Origin: Podarcis vaucheri
Lineage: Eukaryota
DNA: 64,000 nucleotides
Reading direction: 5' to 3' (one strand)
Assembly (NCBI GenBank): GCA_965113315.1
Contig: OZ220373.1
Below, one piece after another: positions 40,801 through 54,600 of this stretch. The notes under the pieces are model-generated. The model was not told where the DNA came from, did not search any database, and worked only from the letters and a program-made list of their open reading frames with translations. The position numbers and the translations under genes are program-made. The number at the start of each line of letters is the position of its first letter. The first letter of the stretch is position 1.

Positions 40801-43800
40801 ATATCCAATTCTACACTTTCCAAAAAGCACAATTGAGCCAGGGGCTTCTGAGCCCACTACCTTTCTACTGAAGCCCTCCTGCATCACCTGAAAAGTTGGA
40901 GCCTCTTCTGGACTGCCACCCAGTGCATATATGTTGCAGGCAGAAGAAGAAAGCAGCAAAGCTTACTGAGCTGGCAAAAGTGATTGGTAACTCTTTGAAT
41001 CCTAGCAGCATTTACGGTTACCGACAGACTTCCCCCCGTTTCTTTTCACTTTGCCAAATTACTAGGCAAGGGCAGTTTTTTATTTACTTATTTTCAAAAT
41101 TAAGATACCTACTTGGCTTAGCTATTTCTCATGTAAATAAAAGCTTTATAACTTTGTAGATAGACACACAAAAAAATCATTATTGCTATAGCATATTGTA
41201 TTGGGTGCTTTCCACAAGGAGGGGGGGAAAAGAAAACATTGTGAAGATTTCATTATGTATAGATAGAAGATTCCTTTACATCAGTTTGTGTTCCTGTTCA
41301 ATGGAGCCCAGGCATTCAACAGCTCTTATTCATTCTTTGGGGCCCTCTACAATGGAAATGGTCTCCCTTCTCTGACTAATAAAGCTATGAACATTTTTGT
41401 GAACACCAGTTGTTCTAACTTCGCTGGTGACAGTGAAAATTGGGGCGGAGGCAGCGGGGGGAGAAGAAAAAGAGAAAGGAGAACCTATCACATACACCCC
41501 CCAAAAAGGCAAGAGAGGCTCTCGTTGTTAACCTTATTGAATTCACTCAGATAAGATAGCATAATACTTTTTCTCGGTTTCTTTTATGCTTGAATTCCCT
41601 CACTAATTTTTCAAATTGCAAGGTTCACATTTTATAAGAATCCATGCAAACAGTGGTACAGCATACACAGGGGATCTATTTGTGCTCTTCGCCTTCAAGA
41701 TAAAGATACCTTCTATTCTATTGAGACAATGAAAAGCTGAAAACTCCCATGCTGATAGCCTGAAATATTTTTGCTGCTACAGTGAGTCAAAGGTTAGCTC
41801 CCTCCCACCTGCATTTGACTTTGCATGTTCTAGTATACGCACAAATGCACAGATAATATGATTAGAAAACAGCTTGTTCATAGAAGGCTGTAGTGTTCCC
41901 TTCTCAAGTCTCCCATGGTGCAGCACACTGACAAAGGAATAATAAAGATGCACATTAATAGGCCTTTGTAAGTTTTTTTTGAATCCCACTTAGTGAATTT
42001 CAATGAATTTTACACTCACAGCTGCCTTATGTTAACCAAAAAAACAAATGAATAAAAGGAAACTATTGTAATCGTTAAAGGCCATCTTCCTTAGAGACAA
42101 GATATAACAAATCTATGATAACTTCAAAACAGTATTTTTCTCTGCTTTGTTGTTAATAAAATAGAATAAAGCTCCAAATTTTCATTCAGGGAAGCTATGA
42201 TTGCTAGTTAGAATAATAACTAAATCTCCTTTGGTAGCATATACTGATTATGGGTATAATGGATCTAAAAGAAAGTACGTATTAAGGGGCAGAACAATCC
42301 CTCTGGTAAAAAAAAAAAGCTATTTTGATGATTCAAAGTGCCACTGGTAAAGCCATGTGAACCTTGGACAAAAATGCACTTTGGTAGCTGGTGTACTGTT
42401 TACTAGCCATTCTGGGAAATTTTAAGACAATGCATCCCTTCTGGGAGAATTACAAACGTGCAAGCTTTGAATTATGTTGTTTCACCTACAGCGGTTATTC
42501 ACAGCATTTACCAGGGAACTCTCAAAACAGCAACTGTTATTCACACATGCTGCTAACTTCAGAGTACTTGTTAATAAATGGCGTAAGCACCGTGCAGGGA
42601 CCGCTTACTACTGCTATATGCCACTCTCATATGAACCAATCCAGTTCTCACACAAGTTAATGGAAATACTGTAGGTGGCCGTGTCCGGAGATGAAAAGAA
42701 AAGCAAGATTAAGAGATTGAGACTTCATTTACCTCATTAGTGAGTTGAAAATAAAGCAAGTGCTGAATAGTGTTTTGTATAAAGAAGAAAATGGAATGCA
42801 GAACGTTAAGAGAGAACCCCACAGATGCATTTGTATCTGAAAAGCAATGCATTAAAAAAGAATTTTCTTTTCAGATAGCTTATCACTGTAACTTTCGGGA
42901 TTTCAAATAGCATACTGGGCTTTGGTGCTGAGCTGAGGCTCCATCAGATCACAGAGGGAAAGAACAGAACACAACATCTTTGAAAGAGAGACCCACCAAG
43001 GCCAAGACAATATTTAGGCCACTTGTTGTAATAGCACAGATCATCATGAAAGTCTGGAAATTATGCAAATGTACTGCTAGCTAGGATTTAGGCTACCAAG
43101 ATTAAATAAATAAATAAAACAGGCTGTGCCTCTTTGAAAGATCATTGCTTTTGTGAGGCAACAGTGCTACCTACAGGCTCAAATGAAGAACAACATTTAA
43201 TGGTTATTTTGTTCAACAGACAAGATGGAAATTTTAAAAATCACAACGCCCCATATTAAAATATCGACATAGCAGATGTATAAAAGGTTTGTTTTGCTTA
43301 TTATACATAGTTTTTAGAATGGCCTTATTTTTTGTCTAGCTCCCCACCCCAACATTTAAACTGTTCTTTCCCTCCACCCCCGTTAATCCAATATTTAACA
43401 CACATTTGCTTTTGAGTTTCTCTTATTTTGCATTTTCTAAAAGTGCAGTCAGTGAACTCAAGGAAACAAGGCAAGTTAGCGTTCTACAACAAAGATATAG
43501 GCAAGCTTAAAAATTGGGGGTGGGGGAAGACACTGATACTCTTCCACCGCTGGTGCTTACTGATCATGATCTAATGCTCCTACATTGAAATTCCATCAAG
43601 GAGAGGGGATGTAGTGGAGATGCCTGGCCAGAACTCCTCTTAACAGGAAAGTGAATGGGAAAATCACTTACAGGCACAAGAACTCTACGAATATCTCAGC
43701 ATTCCTGCAACTACAAAAGGAGCCTTTGAATCAGGCTGACTTCTAAATACTATTTCCTAGAATAGTTTAAGCATAATCAGGGCATCAGCTACACCTGTTT

Positions 43801-46800
43801 CAGAAAGACAATTAATGCATTGTACAGAATCACTACATTTTGTCATTAACGGACACAGTAGCATCTTAAAAAATATTTCCAAACTACATATAATAATGAA
43901 TTTTATTAAATGGTGGACAGAATCTATACGTGTTGGAGGCTTTTTGTGCAAATGATGAAGAGTGCTATCCAATGAGAGTCATACTCAGAGTAAGCCCATT
44001 AAAATCAACGGGTGATATCCATTGTCCTTCATGCTCAGAGTTCAATGGGGGTCTACTCTGAATATGACTTAGCTGAATATCACCCAAAGAATTTACCCAC
44101 TTCGTTAGTTTTCAACATCGGTATGAGATGGCTTTTCTCTGTAAAACAGCTGTGAGCTGAATTCAACATTTTCACTTCACATTTCTTATTCTATTAAATG
44201 TGCAAATTAACTATGTCAATACATATTACTGATTAAACAAACTCTTTTTAAAATAATTCAAAAGAACTATCAATAGGATTAATATTTGTTTTAAGACTAC
44301 TGCAGCCTGAAGTATTGTATGCATACAGATTTTACAGTAACAGTTCAATTCCACTAATCTTATTTAAGAGTCTAAAATCAAGAAAGAGTGCCATCTAAAT
44401 GCAAACACTGCTGAATTTTTTTTTTTAATTCACTTTCTATTGCTGTAAATTTATTCTATTCAGCTTAAAAAAATCAGGATGGAAGTCTGCAGATTTTTGA
44501 CTTAATAATCTAATTACAATTTTAAAAAATGCTTTGGAAATATTTAAAGAGCAAACTTTTTAAATAAAAAATAAATAAATGTATTCATTATAATGAAATG
44601 ATTGCAATTCAAAACTGAGAAATGCATTTTTACTTAATATTTAATTTTTAAAAATGCATTATGCCTACTTTGCAAAAACGTCTTTATTGGGCTGACTTTT
44701 TTTAAGTGCCATTTTTATTTGCACTGTAATCATGGTGAATATATTTGGTGGGAGGCAATATTATAGGCTTTCAAGAGGACTGTATTAGAAAAAACCAATT
44801 CAACTGTATTGAAATTTACAACAATTTATAATTATTATTTTTTAAGGAAAATACAAAATGCAAAAATACAAACTAAAAAAATATTTTAACAGATTTTAAA
44901 ATGAATAGGGTTAGTCTTAAAATGATCAACACAGATCCTTAAATTATACAGGAGAACTGTGCCCACTGAAATACTAAGAGGAAAAGTCAGCCTCAAAACT
45001 GGATTTCACATGTGAACATCAATTCTTGGCCAATTACATATTTTTAGAGATTACTTCAGTGTGCTTATAAACTCTGCTGAAATTCTACATTAGTTCTCAG
45101 AAGCTCCATGTTTCAGAATGCGTATGAAATAAGACATGAATTATTTCCATATTTCTAATATCTTCCCACAAAATTTCTCTCTGCACAAAAAGAAGCATCA
45201 CTACCTTTAAAAACTTTTAACAATGTTTCTTGAAAAATAATAATTAATGCATGGGTTTTCCAGAAGATTTCTGATCTTTAGCATTATTCAGTCTTTAAAA
45301 TCCATAAAAGAACAAATACACAACTGAGATTGTCAATTATGAGTCATATGCTGGTGCAGAATGCTATACTAACCCCAAAAGATGAATTACTTGTCATAAA
45401 GTTATAAAGCCTTTGTGAATTCGATGTCTCATTTTTATCATTTGTTCTGGTTATCAAGATTATTTTTAAACTTTCTTTTAAAGTAGATGTCTTAAAGGTG
45501 AATAAATGTGAAAACCCAAATATAATAAATCATTCTTTAATCTGGTTTGCCTATGCTGCTTTGTACTTTAAATCTCACTAAAATTGTGCCTCATCCATCC
45601 TGGACATAAAATGGTTTTTAGTGGTATGGCAATTAAATTATACTTTCTAACTTTTACAACAGAAACATATATAATGCCATTTTAAAGGATAACTTTTATT
45701 TCTAGATCTAAATACAGACAACTTCAACATCATGGTAAATATGGATCCATTCTGTCAGTCAAGAAGCATCTTTTGCATCTTGCTACTGACAGAAAAGGGC
45801 ACAGAAGATGTGGCACGATTCTGTTCAGGCAACCAACACTTTTATTCTCAGTATACTGAAATCCCACTTATTAAAGGGCTCTGGGTTGCACTTTTACTGC
45901 CAAGTCCCATTTACTTGCAGGTGTAACTTTTAGTGGAATTTACTCCCAAGAAATTTTTCTTAAGGTTACAGATTAATAGTTTGGTCCTAAAATAAACTTC
46001 TAACCCAGAAATAAATACTCAAATACACAGTGAGATTTGTTTTTTAAGTAAACGTTCACACCGTTACAGGTTGTTCCTAATCATGTTTACTTAAAAGCAA
46101 GTCCCACCAACTTCAACAGGCTTACTCCCAAGTAAGTGTACAGAGAAGTGCAGGTTCAGTCTTTTGAACTGTACGAATCTCCATTACCTTTATTTCATAA
46201 CCAGCAATTTCACATGGATCTTGGTTTACATATATTCTGCATGCATGATCCTGAAAACTATGGAGAAAAATTGCTGAGTTTAATTAATTGACCCTTGGGT
46301 TTAGCAGGTACAACTGTTCACCTGCCCTTCCTCTGATTCCCAGGGCTACTTCCTGAAATATATAAGGTAGACTCCATTCACAAATATCTCTCAATAAATT
46401 TAGTAGTTTCACTTCACATTCGTACTTTTAAAAAAAAGATGCTAAGACAGACGACTCAGCAACACACTTTTCATGAAGACAAAGTATTCTCTATACTATT
46501 TGTTTTGTCTTGTTTTCTATAAGAATAAACTGCTATGGTGAAGTCAAGATGTATTGTTAATATTAGATACAGAAGGCAATTTTGAATGAGCCAAGTAAAA
46601 TAACCCAGTGAAACCCTAAGGAAAATATTTAGCTTCAAATATTTTCTCTGAGTAAATGGGAAATTAATGCGCTGATGCATTTTAAGTACACTTAAAGTTG
46701 TATTTTAAAAAAATAAAAAGTGAAATAGTAAAATCAGCAGCTATTTACTAAATGAATAAACTAAAATCATAGCACAAAACAAATCAATGTTCAGTTTTGG

Positions 46801-48617
46801 GAATGATTAATTTGGTTTAGTCTGTGCTTTAATCCTTGGCTAGCTAAAAACGCCTGTTTACTTTCAGGAAATTTGTGATTTCACAAAGTGAGCAGAACAA
46901 ACAAAATCCTGCTTCTTTTAGACTACATTTGAGTAAAATACAAGGCAAGCATTTAATGTTAAGGCTGTAACTAAAACATTTCCCCTATAACCCAGACTCT
47001 GATAAAGCAGTTCCTTAGAAATATAATGGTTACAAATCCCTTTTATGGTTTTAACAAACCCTTATTTCCCCTGCTCTGCTACATACAATGTAGACCCTAT
47101 TTGCACCTATTCAGTACTACATTACAGATAAAGTTACAGCAAATTTGTTTTCCTCAAAAATGCAGTGAAGCCTAATATCCCTTAAGTAACAACAGACTTG
47201 TCTTTCATTTAAAAGAGAACTGGCATAATTTTCTCCCAGAAACAAACTACTTCCCTGACAATGGCTCTGTTCTTAAAATTCTGAATGGGACACAGCTCAA
47301 TTTGCAGGTGTTCAGGTAGAAAGGTGGAAGGGTATTTGACCCTGATCGGGTAATTGTTCCTGTGGTAGGTAACTCCATCCAGTTCATTGATATCATTTTG
47401 GTAGTACTAGATAGGGCTGCCAGAGTTTTCAATTGTGAATTGCATAGGCATGCTCAAATGATCCATCGCTGAAATGGATACATTTTATAAAGGCTGATAG
47501 TAAGATGATATACAGTGAACAACAACTGTAGCATTAGGACACATAAAGAAACAACGCATTCTCATAACTCAGTTGTTATTAGTTTCACAGTTCTTTCTAA
47601 GCTTTGAAAATAAACAGGTTTGAATACTATACAATGCATCTAAAATGCTTAATTGCTATCAGCCACAAAAAAAGTGTTAGCATTTAGCTAGCCAAATTAA
47701 TTTTTTGGTAGAAACTAAATCTGTGAAGTGTTATAAATTCATGGTTAGAAATGTGACAATTTACTTAAAAGTTGAGTGCTAAGAGTACTGTTAATGAGTC
47801 CTCACACTGTTAATTGTTATCATTATGTAACATTGTGACATTTTTTATTAATTCATGTTTTCTATGCTAATGGTACGACATGAGGGAGGCAGACTACTTC
47901 TCAAATCCGCAGTCATCTTAAGCATATAGTGGGTTGTTGTTCTTTTGCATTAGAGCTTCTTTCAGTCAATACAAAATCTTGCAGACTGTTTCATCAAGAA
48001 TTCCAATAATCCACAAGTTACCAAGGGAGTTTAAATAATAATTATTTGTACCTCTAATAGGCTTTGTTTTAAACTAGAGCCATTGTATGCTTGCCAATTT
48101 GGTTGCTGTAGGCACACAAGCCTCCTACCAGTTCCTGGGTTTTTCTGGAGGAGGGGGGAAGCAACAGATTTTACTATCCCATCATAGCTCTGAAAGTACT
48201 CCAGTCTGCAAGTTTTGCCTTGATCTTATGCACAACAAGTGGAAGAATGCAGAGAAGGAAAGAGTGAAGGTTTGGGAGTTGCACAGCGTTATGGCAAGAA
48301 AAGTGGGGAGGAAAGGAAGCTAATGAAATGTTGCTAGCTAGCTAAACCACCCTGGCAGGGATGATGTGGAGAGAATCACTGGGATTAAACACTACACAGA
48401 ATGAAAGAGAAGACTCTCTTCCCCCACCCCACCCATTATAAACAGGCAGAGAAGAGAGAGGGAGAGAGATGCTGCCCACACACACTGCTTTCATTAACAG
48501 AGAAAAGTTGGTGACAATCTTATAGCAGAGTAATATGCATTACTTATTGACATGTGACATACAGATTCTTATGGAAGAAAAATTAGGAGGAGGGGGGCTG
48601 AAATTGATCCAATGGTT

Positions 48618-48651
<34 letters not shown>

Positions 48652-51600
48652 CATTTACTTACTTGCTTAAGTTTACATGGGGAAACACAAAAGCTGTTCA
48701 AAGCAAAATTCTCAAACAATCCAAAATGCAGAGTATGGCAATGCCATTATGGATTTTTGGATTTTCCTTGAATACCAACATGAATACTTTGGATTTTTAT
48801 CAAATGTTGCATTTTACTAGGAAGTCAAATACATCTTAGAATGGATTCTACACATTTCTTCCATATGGGGGAATCTTTATGTTTTAAGTAATAAATATGC
48901 AGGATTTAACTGATACAAGATTAGTCAAAAAGAGGTGGGGTTTTTTAGCTTTATCTTTTTAATGAGGAGGAAAACTTGAATTGGCCCATTAATGACTTAT
49001 TTCTAGTTAAGGAAGGTGATCCATTATAATATGAATACAGACATGCCTAATCATGTTGACAATATAGTTCTAGAAAGCAATAAAGGCTACTGTGAGGTAG
49101 ACATTAATTGCAGTTTCACTGTATTCCAATTTTGCATTGCCCTTTAACAGAAAGTTCACTTTTTCTGAGCTAATGACTGTTGGGTTTGTTTTTAAAAAAA
49201 AATGTATCATGAATTTGATCAACATTCTGCTTTGTAGAGTATTATATGTACTCTCCTTCAAATGCATTAATGATTATAAAATGCAGACCTTCAGTTCTGA
49301 AAACATCCATTTTTTCCCCACGAAACAGCATTTCCCACCAATTCTACATTCTACAGAAAAATACTTCTGAAAGAAATCTCCATTTCAGGCAAAAAAACAC
49401 CACAAAACCACCTCTAATCATCCAGCTTCTCACACTGTAAATTAGATTACTCTCTTCTGGAAGGAGATTAATTTCAAATCTGCTGTCCAATGATATCCAG
49501 CTCCTCTGGCTTTTCAAGCAAGTTGGGTGCTTGCTTTGAATAACTAGGCAAGATCTACTCTTTCTCAATAGTAACCTAGCTCTAATGCTTAATTTAACAC
49601 TGAGAATTGCACACATCTAGTTTTCATGAGCAAAAGAATATTGCCAGTCCTAGAGTCTTCTCTAAAACTTTCGCCGGCTACTTATTTAACTCTTTAATTA
49701 AGGAATCTAGCCAAACATACAGACTAGATTGCACTCTGTTTTTAATGAAGAATTGTTGTCAATTGGAATTGCACCTGCTGACCAAAGAGTCAACACAAAA
49801 GCAGCCCTTGGAAATGTGAAAACAAATGGGGAAAACGACACTGTTAGTGAGGGACATCAAAGAAGACCGGGTCAGCAAAGCAGTATTGGCCTAGGGCAAC
49901 AAGTAGATGAGCCTGAAAAGGGACACAAAAAGACTTGGAAACAGAGGAAGGGGGGCTTTCAACACTCATGTTTACCTGTGGTAGATGTCCTAAGCTGAGA
50001 ATCAAGATAATTCTTTCCTTCATATATAACGAAAGTGATCTGATGCACTAGTTTGGCAGGGAAGAACATTTTGAAAAACTGAAGGATAAGTAAGCTCTTC
50101 CTTGGCTGCACACTTGATATTCCTTTTTAAAAAAAGTTGACTGACCATGTTTCCTATTCCTAAACAAAGCAGGGATTTCATATTAAATATATATTTCTCT
50201 ATCTTACTGTTTTGCATTCAGTTGGAATATTTAGCTATTAAGCACACTTATTGTTGGATAGGATCTTTTATTGTACAATCACTATACGTATGATCAACTG
50301 CAGATTAAAGTGATGTAATTACACAGGAAATAACTTTACACATTCCATATGCAAAAGTATTTCCTTACATGACACGTTTCAAAACGGTTTCCTTGCTAGT
50401 TGTCTACTTGCGTTATTAAATACTCTTTAATCAAATAAAATACGCCACATCTCCCATTTATCCTGCTTTATAAATTATTACTGATCATTGTTTAAACTGT
50501 ATGAAATCACGTATTTCCCTGGACTAAATTGCCTCCTTTACCTAGTGTTAGCCCACTGGGGGAAAAAGAGGTTTTTGTCTTTCCCCTCTCGGAAAGGCTA
50601 ACAGTGATTTCTAGGGGATGACAAGGGTTTAGATCAGAAAAAAATGTTTGATTCTGTACCAGTAAATCTATGGTGCAGAACAAAGATGTATTTAAATAGT
50701 TTGTTTCTCCCCTCCCTATCTGCAGACGCAATGTGTGAAATGGCACAGAATTCTACTGCCCAGAGTCAAATATCCCACTAGGCACACCAAAGTTGTTGGG
50801 AATACCTCTCCAAATCCTGCCATTAAATACTGCTTTGTTTGTGCATGAATCTGATCATTTACCATCCATGTTAGGTCACTGGCACACAATTTACTGATGG
50901 AAAAATAACTTCTGTGCACTGCGCTTGCACCATGAAGCAAACTGCAGGATTCTTGCACATTTTGTTTCTGTCATCCCTAAGAAAACGTCTAGCAGAACTG
51001 GGGGCAATAGGGCATTTAAATACTAATCAGGATAAAATCAGTATGGCAAGCGGAGCTTTTTTTCAGCAGGAATTCACCGGAACTCAGTTCTGGCACCTCT
51101 CAGGTAGGCACCATTGCTGTTATAAGAGAACAAGGGAGGTGTTCATGGTGAGTTTTGGCACCCCTTTTTCTAGAAAAACAGCACTGGTGGCGAGCCATTT
51201 TCTTCAGCTTAAAGCTGTGTCTCCAAGGAGTCCTCCTGTCTTGACAGCAGAAAGCATTTCTATGTGAACATAGGTGTGCGCATTACCAAGCCCCTTCCAA
51301 TATCTCCCCCTTCTTGTACTGGAGGAGCCTCTGACTCTCACAAGCTTCTCAGCTAACACACATGGTGGTGGCAAGGGCAATGGTGAAAGTGCTAAACGGT
51401 ACATGCAACCCTTTAGATTCCGGCAAAAGGAATTATCTTCTGTCATATTATGCAGCCCAAAGCTATACTCATGTTGCATCATTGTGAAAACTTTCTATAA
51501 CTGAAGGAAGGACTATCATATAGCAACTGATGCATGTCGCTTGGTCCATGCTCACAGCCCAGAAGACAAGAGTACTATCACTGCCGTTGTATCAGAACAG

Positions 51601-54600
51601 TCTCTCTTGGAAATCCCAAAGAAGTCAGCCCACAAAGCTATCCATGCACACCTGGCTCCTATAGGCTTTCGAGAGCGATATCCTGCCCAATCCCTTTCCT
51701 TCACCACTGCAGCCCCCACTACTTCCCACCAACCGCTACCTTATCTCTCAACTGTTAATAGGAGAGCACTTGCCTCACTGTGGCTTTGACACAGCAGTTA
51801 AACATGCTCTCTTAAATTTAATGTTTCTAAAGTAACTTTTAGAATTTTAAAATAATTTTCAGCTATGGTGATAAAGCCACTGCAGCACAGGCACTCAGTC
51901 TCCTGGGACTCCTTGCCCAGAGAGAGGGGAGACTGAAGCTGGGGGCACGGCCAGTACTGACGCTGCATTAGTGACGTTAAAAATGTTAAATGGGTAAGTA
52001 GGCAGTGGTGAAGAGGGGCAGCAGCAGTAGGGGATAGAAGTGATGCCTGCCTCACACAGAACAGTATCTCGCATTGGCTCTGACAATAGGAACAAACATA
52101 TTGAATGAGTTGGCCTTATTCAGATACCTCAAAAAACGGTTAGGAAAATCCAGAGAAAGATTATTATTACTACCAGGGGTTTCTTTTACTTTCAAAAGTA
52201 GTTTTTGGAAGAATATAAGCTACAATAGAAAGGAGAGGACTGCATAACTCCCCCAACTGAAGAGGAAAATGTAGGCACCATTTTTGCAAATGCTATTTGT
52301 TATTTTGAGCCATGTTAGAATAAATGAACTCACATTTCCCAAATTTGGGAACATCACCTACTTTCAGGACTGCATATTTCCTTCTAAATTTCCTTGTAGA
52401 TTCATGTTCAGTGCTCCCCCAGTAAAATGTGTGTTTCCCCTTTAGCTATTGTGTTATGAACTGCACAATGTAGGCTAACAGACATGTGATAACGTTCATC
52501 TTAAACTTTTCATTAAACTACCAAAATTCAAATCCTACCTTTTTGTGCACTCTGACATTTTTGTCTGGCATTTTCATTAATTTTGCGACATACATAAATG
52601 TAGCTGAAATGTTAGCTGATCAATACTTTGTCTCTCTCTTGTAGCACCGGAGCGCATTTCCCCGAAGACCACACACAACAGTACAGGAATTAAATGTGTA
52701 AAATATCAAATGTTAATGTTAACACAGTAGTACTTACTGTATAACAACTGAAAAGGCTAAAACAATTCAAGCTGGATAAATGGTACCACAAATTATCCAC
52801 AATCATATATAAAGATTAAAGTTTGTCCTGCAAAATAATTCACTGACTCATGTTGAAGTGTGTCCTTTTACTGATAGCTTAGTTGTCCAATTATTTTTCG
52901 GCTCATTAAAGTAAGAAGTGACAGTGAAAGAGGTTGCATACGGCCCCTCATCTCCTGCCCTGTATCTCCCTGCAATTGCCCACATCCACAGGTGCATGAA
53001 TCAAGAGCCTGGAGAAAACGAACCCCAATTTAGAAAGCATTTCAGTATCTTCATTAGGTTGTTCTAAAGACAAACCTTGCCATTTCCTCAGATGAGAAAA
53101 CTGCATAAAGTATTTCTGTAATAACCATTTCTTGCTAAAATTACATAGGAGTAATGCAAACTGATTAATTTAAGCACCGCAATGCATTTGATAGAACAGC
53201 TCATGAATGAAATATTCAAGTTGCTTTTACTTATTGTCTTCTCCAAGTGTTAAAAACAAAGGGTGATATCCAGTTGGGCCCAAGTGCAGGCAGAACAGAT
53301 TTCTGGTTGTGAAGCAAGACTATTTACTCTCCACCCTGACGCAGCCCCCTGTCCACGTTCAAAATCTGATCCAGAGGGCAGGGCGACAGTCAGGAACAGA
53401 AGAAGCCCTGCTGCATGCACTATGTTGGATTTCACCCAAATAAAATATAGAGTAGGCAATAGGGATATTAAAATAGGAAATCTGGTTGTTTTCAGCATCT
53501 CCCCCCCCCCAAAAAAAGTGCTGCAACATTTAAATCTCATATACTATGTTATGATAAAGAGACTATTTAAATCAAATGTTTCCTTAACTCAAACCTCAAG
53601 ATGTGCTCCTTTAGTTTGAACAACTGTACCCTTAGGTTACATTCCTGGAGCTAATCAACCCGTCTAAGATTCAGAGATTTCACAGGGGCACACAATGTGG
53701 AAATGTATGTAGAACTGCAAAAATAATAATGATGATGATGATGATGATGATCATGATGATGACGATGATGATGTACATGTTGCGGTTTTCTGACAACACT
53801 GTAGGTTGTTGAGTTCTGGTTTACGATCTTGGTCAAAACTCTAGGGTATAAGCTGCCATGTGCTATCTGCCTCTATTAAAAGGCTTTGAAACCTCTCAAC
53901 AAGGTGTAAAGAGGTTCTAAAGACCACGACATGCAAAGATGAAAGTGTTTAATTTTTTTAATCTGCCTGTCAACTTATGAGTCTTTCACAAGACCCTCTC
54001 AGCACTTCTGCCTAGACCAACACTGGCAACCCACATATGACATCAGAGGCTGTGGAAGACAGATGGGCTGTGATATCTCCAATGCCACGCTGTGACATCA
54101 CAGCAGATTACTTAATAGGTTCAAAAGAGGCAGGGCAGGAACAGGGATCAGAAGAGACTTTATTGAAGATTAAAAATACAGTCCATTGCACCGATGGACT
54201 TTTAGCTTGTCAGTTCTGAAGCAACAGTGCCTGTAAAAGGGCAGGCAGCATCTAAGAAAGAACAGGTCGCTACTCATTCATGTTCATTACACCTGAGGCA
54301 CAAAGTTGATCCTACAGTAGATCTTGAATAAGATTCTAAAGGGCATGTATAAACCATAAAAATATTTAGGATAGATGGATATATCTGAGGAGCAGGGGGA
54401 AATACAATTTAATTTTCTTTCATAGTAGTTTTGTTTTGACTACAGCTTTCTCAAGAACAGTGGCTTTCTCAAGGCAATGCTTGCACCACTATTCATAACC
54501 CCCATTGCTTGGTAAGTCCCCCCAAGACAGGGCCATTTGGGGAGCCCAGTGAGGACAATCTGTGGAGAACAAGAGGGAGATGGCAGTCGCCTCTACTTCC

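Noticed and set aside
53651-53836. Poly-histidine ORF, and the HT/CV-repeat ORFs at 3728, 9333, 9337, 48535 and 48612
   Set aside because: These are translations of (GAT)n and (CA/TG)n microsatellites.
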